DNA from: Gemmatimonadota bacterium
Lineage (GTDB): Bacteria; Gemmatimonadota; Gemmatimonadetes; Gemmatimonadales; GWC2-71-9
Length of the DNA stretch: 64,000 bases
Reading direction: 5' to 3'
Assembly: GCA_039933845.1 (NCBI GenBank)
Contig: JBDTNH010000003.1
Coordinates: forward strand, 2,888 to 66,887
Shown: positions 50,783 through 60,800 of the stretch, piece after piece
Numbering within the stretch: position 1 is the first letter of the stretch
How the letters are laid out: each line of letters opens with the position of its first letter
Translations under genes and position numbers: made by a program
Notes under the pieces: model-generated
The model's input: the letters and a program-made list of their open reading frames with translations, nothing else
What the model was told of the DNA's origin: nothing
The model's database searches: none

Positions 50783-51268
50783 TTGGCCAGTTCGACACCG
50801 TATCGCATGCTGCCCGATGACACGCGCTTGATGCTCGTCACCCAGGACCTCAAGGCAAATTCGGGATCTCGCGCCTCGTACATCATGCGGATCGTCGCGA
50901 AGGGCGGCGGATTCCGGCCGGAAACGCTCCGCAAATTGAAGCCCGAGCAACTGGCCCGCGACATCGTCCGCCGGAAGCTCGAGACGCTGCAGGACGAGGT
51001 CGGCTACCTGCAGCTCCTGTACGTGGAGCTCCAGCCGGAAATCCAGATCGCGTTTTGTGACGCAGCGGGGGTGGCGCACGAGAACGGCTCGATCCCCGAG
51101 GAGTTGCCGATGCCACTCGCGAGCGAGGCAGACGTGCGTGCTGCGGCCGAATCACTCGTCTCCACCTTTGGCGATCGAGGCCGACACTACCTCATGACAG
51201 TCGCCACCTACAATGCCGAGGCGTGGCCCGGATTGGCGGAGTGGCTGGAAGCGAAGGCGGCCGGGTAG
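50783..51268 (+). CDS. Hypothetical protein
   Basis: Globular-looking ORF; start at TTG 50783 or ATG 50807. Confidence 0.7.
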   Translation: MASSTPYRMLPDDTRLMLVTQDLKANSGSRASYIMRIVAKGGGFRPETLRKLKPEQLARDIVRRKLETLQDEVGYLQLLYVELQPEIQIAFCDAAGVAHENGSIPEELPMPLASEADVRAAAESLVSTFGDRGRHYLMTVATYNAEAWPGLAEWLEAKAAG

Positions 51269-51314
51269 GATTCAAGCAGGACCGGGTATCATCTCACATC
51301 GATCTGGAGCCATC

Positions 51315-51719
51315 ATGGCGACGACCAAGAAGGCGTCGAAGACGACGAAGCAGACCTCGACGGCTCGCGCAGCACGGAAGGCCGCGACGAAGTCGGTCAA
51401 GAAGGCCGCGAAGAAGTCGGTCAAGGAGGCCACCACGAAGGCCAGCAGCACGGCGAAGAAGGTCAAGAGTGCCGCGAAGAGCGGGCTCCGGAAGGCCGTG
51501 CGCGCGGTGGCCGCCACTGCCGCCACCGCCGCGGTGGCCGAGGTCGGTCGTCGGGTCCAGAAGAAGCGGGCAACGGCAGTGAAGCGCGCCAAGATCGCCA
51601 AGGGTGCCCGCGTCGCGGCCGGCGCGGCTGTCGCCGCAGCCGTGGTTGCAGGTGTGGTCCGGAGTCGCCGGAAGAAGGCAAAGGCCGCTGCGGCGAAGTC
51701 AGCCAAGCCTTCAAGCTGA
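51315..51719 (+). CDS. Lys/Ala-rich basic protein
   Basis: GGAG RBS; AAG/GCC-rich codons; KKAAKKSVK-type repeats. Confidence 0.7.
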   Translation: MATTKKASKTTKQTSTARAARKAATKSVKKAAKKSVKEATTKASSTAKKVKSAAKSGLRKAVRAVAATAATAAVAEVGRRVQKKRATAVKRAKIAKGARVAAGAAVAAAVVAGVVRSRRKKAKAAAAKSAKPSS

Positions 51720-51732
51720 GTCCCGGTGGGAA

Positions 51733-51774
51733 CGTTCGAGCCCCCGTCCGCTTCGGCTGACGGGGGCTCGAACG
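51733..51774. terminator. Strong hairpin, probable terminator
   Basis: CGTTCGAGCCCCCGTC/GACGGGGGCTCGAACG 16-bp stem; no T-tract. Confidence 0.55.
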
Positions 51775-51841
51775 CGTCGGGTGGCGTAGGTATCGGGGAA
51801 GCTGGTACCCCGATTCCTGCTCCCGCTGTCCATTCTCAGGC

Positions 51842-52357
51842 ATGCCTCACACCCCATTCCCGCATCGTCAGTCAATTCGCCTCGACGGCTGGGACTACGC
51901 CGGACCGGGTTGGTATTTCATCACCACCGGCACGTGGCAGCGGCGGCGCGTCCTGGCACGAGTGGACCGCCGCAGGATGCGCTTGACCCGGAGCGGCCGG
52001 ATTGTGCAGCGTGTCTGGGAAGCACTGCCCGCGCACTTCCCCAACCTCACTATCGACGGCTTTGTCATCATGCCGGACCACATCCACGGCATCCTCTGCA
52101 TCACGCGACCGTGTCGAGCCGAACGCGCGAGGGCCGGCGGGCAACAAGCTGTCGACGCGACAAGCGGCTCACTTGGCGCGGTGGTGCGATCGCTGAAGGG
52201 CAACTCCACACGGTTGATTCGCCGACGCTGGCCCGAGGTCGGCCGAGTCTGGCATCGCAACTACTATGAGCGCGTCATCGAGCATGCCGAGGGGCTCGAG
52301 CGTGCGCGCAGGTATGTCGCGCAGAATCCGGAGAAATGGATTCGATCGCGGGGATGA
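51842..52357 (+). mobile_element. REP-associated tyrosine transposase (RAYT, Y1 HUH)
   Basis: SIRLDGWDY...YFIT, FVIMPDHIHGI (HUH), WHRNYYERVI, YVAQNP. Confidence 0.9.
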
Positions 52358-52430
52358 TTCCGGCGGGGCGGGCGGATCGGTCAGGGGCGCCCCCGCCATG
52401 CATCAATCTCGGCATTGCGGCAGGATCGCG

Positions 52431-52748
52431 GTGTAGGGGCGCAACATGTTGCGCCCGTACACACCGATCCGTCCGACAAGACGAGATCCCCCCGCCGCCA
52501 TGCGCCCGTACACACCGATCATCGCCCGACACACCCATCCATGCATGGCCGGGATCGCCCGCACCGATCATCCCCCCACGCACCCATCCATGCATGCCGG
52601 GATCGCCCGCGCCATGCAGCGAAGCCCATCGTCCACGCCCAGGTCCGGTGTAGGGGCGCAACATGTTGCGCCCGTACACACGGATCCCTGCCCGACGCAC
52701 CCATCCATGCATGCCGGGATCGCCCGCACCGATCATCCCCCCACGCAC
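52431..52748 (+). repeat. GTAG REP cluster plus secondary repeats
   Basis: GTAGGGGCGCAACATGTTGCGCCCGTAC at 52433 and 52650, half copy at 52501; CACCCATCCATGCATG(G)CCGGGATCGCCCGC x3. Confidence 0.92.
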
Positions 52749-52820
52749 ACATCGATGCCAGTAGCGGCGCAGCGGATCTCGCGATACCTTCGGGGCCTCA
52801 CCCTCCAGCCATGGATCGTC

Positions 52821-54368
52821 ATGCCACGCTCACGCCGACTGTCGCTGTCACTTGCCGTGTTCCTCGCCCTGCCGCTTGCGGCGCAGGGTCGCCCCACGCC
52901 ATCCGGTACCACACCACCGCCGGCCAAGAGCGCCAGCTCGAGCACCGACGATGACGTGAAGGTGGTGAACGATTCCACCATCACGCGGACCGGACTGAAG
53001 GCCACGATCAAGGGCCAGGAGATCAGCTACAACGTCACCGTCGGCACACAGCCGGTCTGGGACAGTGACAACAAGGTCGTCGCCTCGATGTTCTACACCT
53101 ACTACGAGCGCCAGGGGGTCGGCGATCACAGCACCCGCCCGTTGGTCATCTCGTTCAATGGCGGGCCGGGATCCGGCTCACTCTGGATGCACATCGCCTA
53201 CACCGGCCCAAAAATCCTCAAGATCGACGACGAGGGGTACCCGGTCCAGCCGTACGGCATCCAGGACAACCCGAATTCGATTCTCGACGTCGCCGACATC
53301 GTCTACATCGATCCGGTCAACACCGGATTCTCCCGGATTGTGGGCGACGCCAAGCGCGAACAATTTTTCGGGGTCAACGAGGATATCGCCTATCTGGCAC
53401 GCTGGCTCCAAACCTGGGTCACGCGTCACGAGCGCTGGACGTCGCCCAAGTACCTGATCGGCGAGAGCTACGGCACCACACGCGCCGCCGGACTCGCCGG
53501 TCGACTCCAGGGCTCGCACTGGATGTTCCTCAATGGCGTGATCCTGGTCTCGCCGACCGACCTCGGCGTGGCACGAAGCGGCCCCGTCGGCGACGCGCTG
53601 ACGCTGCCCTACTACACCGCGACCGCGTGGTACCACAAGGCACTCTCGCCGGCACTTCAGGCGAAGACCCTGGCCCAATTGCTCCCGGAAGTCGAGGCCT
53701 TCACACTCAACGAGGTGATCCCCGCGATGGCCAAGGGCGGCACGCTTCCCGCCGCCGAGCGTGATCAACTCGCCACACGCTACGCGACGTACAGCGGACT
53801 CAGTGTGGGCGCGGTCAAGCAGTACAACCTGGCGGTGCCGACCGATTTCTTCTGGAAGGAACTGCTCCGCGACAAGGGTCTCACGATTGGGCGTCTCGAT
53901 TCACGTTACCGAGGTCTCGATCGCGAGGATGCCGGGACCTCACCCGACTTCGACCCGGCGCTCGTGGCGTGGAACCATGCCTTTGCACCGGCCATCAACT
54001 ACTACCTGCGCGATCAGCTCGGCTGGAAGACCGATCTCGAATATTGGCTCTTCGGACCGGTCAATCCGTGGAACCGGAATGGCGAGCGCACCGGTCAGCA
54101 GCTGCAGCAGGCGATGGCCGAGAATCCCTACCTCAACTTGATGGTGCAGTCGGGATACTTCGATGGCGGCACGCCGTACTTCGACGCCAAATACACCATG
54201 TGGAACATCGACCCCAGTGGGCGATTCCAGGATCGGATGAAGTGGATCGGGTATGAGAGCGGCCACATGATGTACCTCCGGAAGCCCGACCTCGCGAAGG
54301 CGAACGACGACATCCGGGATTTCATCCGTACCACCGTGCCGAAGCCAGGGCAGCCCGCCCGCCAGTAA
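52821..54368 (+). CDS. Serine carboxypeptidase, S10 family
   Basis: FNGGPGS, IDPVNTGFS, GESYG, GHMMY; signal peptide. Confidence 0.92.
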   Translation: MPRSRRLSLSLAVFLALPLAAQGRPTPSGTTPPPAKSASSSTDDDVKVVNDSTITRTGLKATIKGQEISYNVTVGTQPVWDSDNKVVASMFYTYYERQGVGDHSTRPLVISFNGGPGSGSLWMHIAYTGPKILKIDDEGYPVQPYGIQDNPNSILDVADIVYIDPVNTGFSRIVGDAKREQFFGVNEDIAYLARWLQTWVTRHERWTSPKYLIGESYGTTRAAGLAGRLQGSHWMFLNGVILVSPTDLGVARSGPVGDALTLPYYTATAWYHKALSPALQAKTLAQLLPEVEAFTLNEVIPAMAKGGTLPAAERDQLATRYATYSGLSVGAVKQYNLAVPTDFFWKELLRDKGLTIGRLDSRYRGLDREDAGTSPDFDPALVAWNHAFAPAINYYLRDQLGWKTDLEYWLFGPVNPWNRNGERTGQQLQQAMAENPYLNLMVQSGYFDGGTPYFDAKYTMWNIDPSGRFQDRMKWIGYESGHMMYLRKPDLAKANDDIRDFIRTTVPKPGQPARQ

Positions 54369-54425
54369 CCGCACCAGCCGGGTAGATTTGGGTGTCGCAC
54401 CCACTTCTACCCGGAGCTTTCTCCC

Positions 54426-55193
54426 ATGCGCGCCACGCTCACGATTGCGCTCCTGTCAGCCCTCGTCCCCCTCGGCGTCCATGCACAGGCATCGCCGCTC
54501 CCGATCGGCACGCGGGGTCAGGGAAGCGTCGCCGAGTCGACCCCATCGCGCTACAGTTTTTCGCCCACCGGCACGGGGCTCCTCACGATCGCGGTGTCCA
54601 GCACGATTGATTTGGGCATCCGCGTCATGGATGTCGATGGTCAGGTGCTCCCGGGTGGCACAGGTGACATCGACTACGCCGGCAAGCCCGGACTGGAGTT
54701 CCTGAGCGTGCCACTCTCCGTGGTCGAGCCGGTGACCATCGAGGTGAGCAGCGTCGGTGGTGAGGCGGGTGCCTTCACCATCACCGCAGGATACATCACG
54801 GAACCGGCATTCCAGGTCCCAGCCGACCCGGATCGGCGCCCGTCCCTCGCCCTGCCGCTCACCGTCGGACAGAGTCACACCGACGCGCTTGACCCGAGCG
54901 GGGGTGACCGGTGGGACTGGTACACCATCACCGCCCAGGACGATGGCTCACTCGTCTTTGTCACGCGCACGGAGGGTGAAGGTGAGCCTGGTGACATCGC
55001 GCTCGAGCTCTACCTCGGCGATGACTTCAGTACACCCACCGCACAGGCCGATGACGACCTGCAGGAGGTGGCCACCAATGAGTCGGTCACCGTCATCGTC
55101 AAGAAGGGTGACAAGGTGTACCTCAAGGTGAGCTCGCTCTACGAAAGCGCCGACAGCTTCGCCTATCGTGTCAGCGTGGGTCGGATTCCGTGA
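54426..55193 (+). CDS. Secreted protein with PPC-like beta domains
   Basis: Signal peptide (VHA-Q); DRWDWYTI, DIALELY, ADDD. Confidence 0.65.
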   Translation: MRATLTIALLSALVPLGVHAQASPLPIGTRGQGSVAESTPSRYSFSPTGTGLLTIAVSSTIDLGIRVMDVDGQVLPGGTGDIDYAGKPGLEFLSVPLSVVEPVTIEVSSVGGEAGAFTITAGYITEPAFQVPADPDRRPSLALPLTVGQSHTDALDPSGGDRWDWYTITAQDDGSLVFVTRTEGEGEPGDIALELYLGDDFSTPTAQADDDLQEVATNESVTVIVKKGDKVYLKVSSLYESADSFAYRVSVGRIP

Positions 55194-56119
55194 ATGGCAG
55201 TATCGCGGCCGAGCCGCGGTCGTCAGGCCGCGGTTGGGTTCGCTGGCAGTGGAGCCTCGCCCTCTCGCTTGGCGCCGCACCCATTGCGGCGCAAGCACCC
55301 TTCACCGTCATGACGTTCAACATCCGGTACGGCACCGCCGATGACGGCGTGAATGCGTGGCCCAATCGGCGGGAGCACGTCATCAGCACCGTCCTGACGC
55401 ATGCGCCCGACGTGCTCGGCCTGCAGGAAGCACTCGACTTCCAGGTCGATGCACTCCGCGCCGCGCTCCCTCGACACGGACAGTTCGGCGTCGGGCGAGA
55501 CGATGGCAAGCGTGCGGGTGAATTCGCCCCACTGTTCGTCGACACCACACGGTTCCTGGTGCCGGAGAGTGGCACCACGTGGCTCTCCGACACGCCGGAT
55601 GTTCCGGGATCGATGACCTGGGGCAACACGCTGCCGCGGATCACCACGTGGGCGCTGATCGAGGATCGCAGGAGTGGCGACCGCACCTACGTCTTCAATC
55701 TGCATCTGGATCATCGTTCGCAGGAAAGCCGCGAACGATCGGTCGCGTTCGTTCTGGCGGAGTACCAGCGTCGCCGCACCGCGCTGATCGCACGGGAGGC
55801 ACAGCGCGCGGAATTCGGTGGGGCCGCCCCGTCACCACGATTGCTGCTGATGGGAGACTTCAACGCCGACGAGGCCAACCCTGCCTACGCCGTGGCGATC
55901 GACGGTGGCATGCTCGACGCGTATCGTGCCGTACACCCCGATGCCGACACCGTCACCACCTTCAACGACTTCAAGCCGACCATCGACCCGTCCGGCGGGA
56001 TGATCGACCACCTGTTGCTCCGCGGCGAGTGGCAGGTGCTCGACGCCGGGATCGATCGCACCCGATTCGGAGAGCTCTGGGCGAGTGATCACTTCGCGGT
56101 GTGGGCGGTGGTGGAGTAG
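55190..56119 (+). CDS. Endonuclease/exonuclease/phosphatase (EEP) family protein
   Basis: MTFNIR, LQE, NLHLDH, MGDFN, IDH, SDH. Confidence 0.9.
   Translation: MNGSIAAEPRSSGRGWVRWQWSLALSLGAAPIAAQAPFTVMTFNIRYGTADDGVNAWPNRREHVISTVLTHAPDVLGLQEALDFQVDALRAALPRHGQFGVGRDDGKRAGEFAPLFVDTTRFLVPESGTTWLSDTPDVPGSMTWGNTLPRITTWALIEDRRSGDRTYVFNLHLDHRSQESRERSVAFVLAEYQRRRTALIAREAQRAEFGGAAPSPRLLLMGDFNADEANPAYAVAIDGGMLDAYRAVHPDADTVTTFNDFKPTIDPSGGMIDHLLLRGEWQVLDAGIDRTRFGELWASDHFAVWAVVE
55205..55243 (+). repeat. Family B hairpin inside the EEP ORF
   Basis: GCGGCCGAGCCGCGGTCGTCAGGCCGCGGTTGGGTTCGC. Confidence 0.85.
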
Positions 56120-56120
56120 C

Positions 56121-56181
56121 ACGAGAAACGAGAAACGAGAAGCGAGACATCATCTCTCGCTTCTCGCTTCTCGCTTCTCGC
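56121..56181. repeat. Inverted pair of heptamer arrays between convergent genes
   Basis: GAGAAAC/GAGAAGC run then TCTCGCT run. Confidence 0.92.
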
Positions 56182-56652
56182 TTACAGCGTAAAGTTCAGC
56201 CCGCCAACCAGCATCGCTTGCGATCCATTGGCGATCGTCACGCGCGCCTCGCCGAACGGATGGACGCGGCCCTTGAGCGACTCTGCACCGACGAAGAGAT
56301 TGAGCCCCGCGTCCGACTTGCTGGCATTTCTGACCGAGCGGTTCGTGATCCCGAGACCCGTTCCGAGGTAGAGCCAATCGGCACTCGCCGTGGCGATCCG
56401 GTACTTGATGTCCAGATTGATCGAGTAGAGCGACCCGACGTCGACATTGTGGAAGTCGAACGATGGATAGAACTCGAGATGTCGCGCGACCGGCACCGAG
56501 AGTTGCGCACCCACCGTGAGGGCCTTGGCATCGAAGTTATAGCCGACGCGGGGGCCCAGATGCAGGCGGCTCGTCTGGGCGCTCAACGTGGTGGTCGTGC
56601 CGACCGTCAAGATCATGCCGATGGCAACCTTCAGGATTCCGTGGACTCGCAT
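56182..56652 (-). CDS. Small outer-membrane beta-barrel protein
   Basis: Signal peptide; beta strands; C-terminal GGLNFTL. Confidence 0.65.
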   Translation of the reverse strand: MRVHGILKVAIGMILTVGTTTTLSAQTSRLHLGPRVGYNFDAKALTVGAQLSVPVARHLEFYPSFDFHNVDVGSLYSINLDIKYRIATASADWLYLGTGLGITNRSVRNASKSDAGLNLFVGAESLKGRVHPFGEARVTIANGSQAMLVGGLNFTL

Positions 56653-56764
56653 GCACACTCCGGGTTCAGATTTGGGGGCATCCGGCGGTTCAGGGGAACC
56701 GGCCCGTGCCCAGGGGGGAGAGACGGTCGGAAGCAGGGCAAGCACACAGGCAGGTTGCCAAATG

Positions 56765-56780
56765 TTAATTGAACAATTAA
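56765..56780. promoter_or_regulatory. Probable TetR operator
   Basis: Perfect dyad TTAATTG-AA-CAATTAA between TTGCCA and the tetR start. Confidence 0.75.
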
Positions 56781-56789
56781 TGATTAGAA

Positions 56790-57428
56790 ATGAATCCGCC
56801 GATCAACCCGTCCAACGCTCGGGGCGCCATCCTGGTCGCCGGCACGGAACTCTTCGCCCGCCAAGGGCTCGCCGCGACCACGATCAAGGCGATCGCTGAG
56901 CGTGCCGGCGTCAATTCCGCGCTGATCTACTACTACTTCGATGACAAGGAGGCGCTCTACGACGCCGTCCTGACCGAGGTCGTCTCGCGGCTTCCCGATG
57001 GGCTTCAGGCGATTGCCAGTCAGGCCCCCACCCCGCGCGATGCCCTCGCCGCGATCATCCGCGGCCAGGCGGCACTGTTCCTCTCCGAGCCGGCACTGCC
57101 TCGGCTCATCGCGCGTGAGCTCGCGGATCACGAGGCGGCCCATGCCACCGACGTGCTCCAGGAGCGGGCCCGTCGTCTGCTCGACCTGATCGCAGGCCTC
57201 ATCCGCGCCGGGCAGGCCGCCGGCAGCTTCAACCCTGCCTTCGAACCAGAGCTCGCCGCGGTCTCGGTGATGTCCCAAGTCAACTGGTTCTGCATCGCTG
57301 GACCCGCCATCGAACGCATCCTCGACCGACCCGGCATCGCAAAAGATCCGGTCGCGGTACAGAAGTTCGCTGAGCACGTGGTCCAATTCTCATTGGCGGC
57401 GCTCGCGCCCGTCCCGGAGGCGACATGA
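56790..57428 (+). CDS. TetR/AcrR family regulator
   Basis: TTIKAIAERAGVNSALIYYYFDDKEALY. Confidence 0.93.
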   Translation: MNPPINPSNARGAILVAGTELFARQGLAATTIKAIAERAGVNSALIYYYFDDKEALYDAVLTEVVSRLPDGLQAIASQAPTPRDALAAIIRGQAALFLSEPALPRLIARELADHEAAHATDVLQERARRLLDLIAGLIRAGQAAGSFNPAFEPELAAVSVMSQVNWFCIAGPAIERILDRPGIAKDPVAVQKFAEHVVQFSLAALAPVPEAT

Positions 57429-58405
57429 AGCGGTTCCTCACGGCGATCGGACTGGTCGTGGCGTGCAGGGCGGACCCGGCGGCCGACCTCACCTTCCGCG
57501 GGACGGTCGAGGTGCGCGAAATCGAGGTGGCATCGCTCGCCGCCGGTCGGGTCCTGGAGGTTCGTGTTGACGAGGGCGCACTCGTGGAGGCCGGCGATAC
57601 GATCGCGGTGCTCGGCGCACCGACCCTGGTCGCCGACATTGCGGCTGCCGAGGCAGTGCTCGCAGGCGCGCGTGCGCGCGTCCGTGACCTCGAAGCGGGC
57701 TCCAGGCCCGAGGAACTCGCAGGGGCCGAGGCAGCACTGCGCGCCAGGATCGCCGAAGCCGCTCGACTGGCTCGCGACCGCGATCGCCTCAAGGCACTCT
57801 TGGATGCCGGTGCGGTTTCGCCACGCGACTACGAGGCGGCGGCGACCGCCGCCGAAGTCGCGGAGCGCACGGCCGAAGCGAGTCGCGATGGGCTGCAACT
57901 GCTCAAGGCGGGCACCCGCTCCGCCCAGATCGCGGCGGCACGCGCGGAAGTCGATCGGTCGGCGGCAACCCTCGCAGCGCGTCACGCCACCACCGGCGAG
58001 TTTATCCTGCTCGCCCCTCGCCGCGGCATCGTGCTCACCCGCGTCGCGGACCCCGGCGACCTCGTCGCCGTGGGGGCGCCTGTCGTCCGGCTCGGCATGA
58101 CGCAGGAGCCGTGGGTCCGCGTCTATGTCCCCGCCAGCTTGCTCAGTGGTCTGCACATCGGTGACTCAGCGGGAGTGGTCCCGCCCGGCGTTGATATCCG
58201 CGTGGCCGATGCGGGGTCGAGTGCCCGCGGCAAGATCGTCGCGATCAATCCGCGCGCCGAGTATGTGACGCGGACCGCGCTCTCGGAGGACGAGCGCGCC
58301 GATCTGCTCTTCGGGGTGAAGATCGCCATCCACGACCCGGACGATCGATTCAAACCCGGAATGCCGACCACCGTCCGACTGTATCCGGTCCGGATGCCCG
58401 AGTGA
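57425..58405 (+). CDS. HlyD-family membrane fusion protein (YbhG-like)
   Basis: GRVLEVRVDEG; helical hairpin; KPGMP. Confidence 0.88.
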   Translation: MKRFLTAIGLVVACRADPAADLTFRGTVEVREIEVASLAAGRVLEVRVDEGALVEAGDTIAVLGAPTLVADIAAAEAVLAGARARVRDLEAGSRPEELAGAEAALRARIAEAARLARDRDRLKALLDAGAVSPRDYEAAATAAEVAERTAEASRDGLQLLKAGTRSAQIAAARAEVDRSAATLAARHATTGEFILLAPRRGIVLTRVADPGDLVAVGAPVVRLGMTQEPWVRVYVPASLLSGLHIGDSAGVVPPGVDIRVADAGSSARGKIVAINPRAEYVTRTALSEDERADLLFGVKIAIHDPDDRFKPGMPTTVRLYPVRMPE

Positions 58406-59145
58406 GCGAGCCCGCGATCCACACCGTCGCACTTCGAAAGGTGTTCGGTGACCTGATCGCGGTCGACGACCTGTCCGTCGACGTGGCGCGCGGTGAGATC
58501 TTCGGTGTTCTGGGCCCGAACGGCAGCGGCAAGACGACCATGATCCGAATGCTCTGTGGCCTGATGCCGCCAACCTCCGGGCAGATCACGGTCGTTGGGA
58601 TCGATGCCGTGAAGGAACCGGAGGCGGTGCGCCGACGCATCGGGTACATGTCGCAGAAGTTCGGGCTCTATGCCGACCTCACGGTGGCCGAGAACTTCGC
58701 GTTCTATGCCGGGTTATATGGGCTGCGTGGTGACGCGCGTCGCGATCGTCAGGACGAACTCTTTCGGTCCCTGGGCCTCGCGTCGCGCGCATCCCAGCTC
58801 GCCGGCACGCTCTCGGGTGGCTGGAAGCAGAAACTGGCTCTCGCCTGTGCGACGGCACACCGGCCCGATCTGGTCTTCCTCGACGAACCGACGGCGGGCG
58901 TCGATCCTGCCGCGCGCCGACGCTTCTGGGAGATCATCCACGAGCTCGCCCAAGGCGGCATGACCATCCTCGTGACAACGCATTACATGGACGAGGCAAC
59001 CCAGTGTGACCGACTGGCCTTCCTCTCACGCGGGCACTTGATCGGACTGGGCACGCCCGACGAGATCACGGCGCACTTCCATCAACCGACTGTCGAGGAC
59101 GTGTTCATTGCCCTGCAGGACCGGGACGAGGCGGAGGGATCGTGA
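58402..59145 (+). CDS. ABC transporter ATP-binding protein
   Basis: GPNGSGKT, LSGG, FLDEPT, TTHYMDEA. Confidence 0.95.
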   Translation: MSEPAIHTVALRKVFGDLIAVDDLSVDVARGEIFGVLGPNGSGKTTMIRMLCGLMPPTSGQITVVGIDAVKEPEAVRRRIGYMSQKFGLYADLTVAENFAFYAGLYGLRGDARRDRQDELFRSLGLASRASQLAGTLSGGWKQKLALACATAHRPDLVFLDEPTAGVDPAARRRFWEIIHELAQGGMTILVTTHYMDEATQCDRLAFLSRGHLIGLGTPDEITAHFHQPTVEDVFIALQDRDEAEGS

Positions 59146-60275
59146 AGCGATTCACGGATCGACTCGCCGCTCTCCCTGTCTGGCCGATGCTGGTCAAGGA
59201 ATTCATCCAGCTCAGGCGCGATCGGCCGATGATCGCGATGATGGTCGGGATCCCTGCCCTCCAGCTGCTGCTGTTCGGTTTTGCGATCCGCACCGACGTG
59301 CGCAACCTCCCGACCGCCGTGTACGACGAGGCGAAGACCAGCGACTCGCGCGCCCTGATCCAGACGATGCTCAACACCGGCAACTTCCGGTTCTATGCCG
59401 ATGCCATCAGCCGCGAGGAGATCCGACAGTGGATCGAGGCTGGACGGATCTCCGCCGGGATCGTGGTACCGCCCGATTACACCCGTGAACTACTGCGCGG
59501 TGGCACCGCCCGGGTCCAGGTGATTGTCGACGCGGCCGATCCGCTCGCCTCGCAGGCCGCCATGAGCGGCGCCGTGCTTGGTGGGCAGCAGCAGGCACTC
59601 AACGTGCTGCGCGCCCGCGGGGCAGGACCGATGCCGATCGAAGTCTCGGTGCGGCCGCTCTTCAATCCGACACTTCGCAGTGCGGCCTACATCGTCCCCG
59701 GACTCGTCGGCGTGGTGCTCTCGATGACGCTCGTGATCGTGATGAGCATGTCGGTGGTGCGCGAACGCGAAACCGGCACGCTCGAGCAACTGGTCGTCAC
59801 GCCAATCAGCCGTACCTCCCTGTTGGTCGGCAAGGTGCTGCCGTTCGTGCTCGTCGGCTATGTCCAGATGACCGTCGTCCTCGCGCTCGGTGCCCTCATT
59901 TTCGATGTCCCCATCCGCGGCTCGCTCGCGCTGCTCTACCTCGCGGCGGCCGGCTTCATCGGCGCGAATCTCTCGATCGGACTCTGGCTCTCCACCCTCG
60001 TTCGGACCCAGGCGCAGGCGATGCAGATCGGATTCCTGTTCCTGCTCCCCAACCTGCTGCTCTCGGGATTCATGTTCCCGCGCGAGGCCATGCCACCCCT
60101 CGCGCAGTATCTCGGTGCCCTGCTGCCGCTCACCTACTTCCTGCAAGTCCTGCGTGGCATCCTGCTCAAGGGGACCGGTTTCTCCGCACTCTGGTCGCAG
60201 ATTGCCCTGCTCTCCGGATTTGCGGTGGTGTTCGTGGCACTTGCGGTCTTGCGGTTCCGCAAGACAGTGGACTAG
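59142..60275 (+). CDS. ABC-2 type transporter permease
   Basis: RERETGTLEQL, LSGFMFP, PLTYF. Confidence 0.92.
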   Translation: MKRFTDRLAALPVWPMLVKEFIQLRRDRPMIAMMVGIPALQLLLFGFAIRTDVRNLPTAVYDEAKTSDSRALIQTMLNTGNFRFYADAISREEIRQWIEAGRISAGIVVPPDYTRELLRGGTARVQVIVDAADPLASQAAMSGAVLGGQQQALNVLRARGAGPMPIEVSVRPLFNPTLRSAAYIVPGLVGVVLSMTLVIVMSMSVVRERETGTLEQLVVTPISRTSLLVGKVLPFVLVGYVQMTVVLALGALIFDVPIRGSLALLYLAAAGFIGANLSIGLWLSTLVRTQAQAMQIGFLFLLPNLLLSGFMFPREAMPPLAQYLGALLPLTYFLQVLRGILLKGTGFSALWSQIALLSGFAVVFVALAVLRFRKTVD

Positions 60276-60350
60276 CAACTGAACCGCGCGCGTCTCGCGT
60301 AGCCGGACACGATCATGTAGAATCTTCGCGTCCCACTTGCCGAGAGGAAG

Positions 60351-60794
60351 ATGATGTCCATCCGGATGTTGCCCCCGATACTGATGCTCGCCGGCCTCGT
60401 CGGCTGCACCGCCGCTGGCGATGACGATGCCCGACCCGCGTCGATCGATTCAGCGATCGCCGCCTTCAAGGCCGAATCGGCCCCACCGCTGCCCACCGCG
60501 CCGCCGGTGGCGCCACCGCTGATTCTGGGCAAGGACACCGCAGTGGCTCGGATCAAGTACCTCTGTCTACCCGATGTCGCGGTCCTGGCGATCTACTGGC
60601 GCGGCGAGCACCCCAGGGTCACCCTCAATGTTGCCGACACACAACTCTCGCTCCCGCAGGTCACCGCGGCCTCCGGTGCACGGTACCGCGTGGAGTCGCC
60701 GCCGACTGAATGGTGGAACAAGGGCGATTCGGCGACCTTCGCCTTCGATGACGATCGTCTGGCCTGCGGCCCAAGCAACACCGTGGAATTCTAG
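60351..60794 (+). CDS. MliC-family lipoprotein
   Basis: LVGC lipobox; ASGARY and WWNKG motifs. Confidence 0.8.
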   Translation: MMSIRMLPPILMLAGLVGCTAAGDDDARPASIDSAIAAFKAESAPPLPTAPPVAPPLILGKDTAVARIKYLCLPDVAVLAIYWRGEHPRVTLNVADTQLSLPQVTAASGARYRVESPPTEWWNKGDSATFAFDDDRLACGPSNTVEF

Positions 60795-60800
60795 GAAGCC

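Noticed and set aside
52431-52748. CRISPR array
   Set aside because: Only two full repeats 217 bp apart, the intervening DNA is itself repetitive, and no cas genes are present. The adjacent RAYT explains it.
52446-52820. N-terminal extension of the S10 peptidase
   Set aside because: It runs through the REP tract; the signal peptide begins at 52821.
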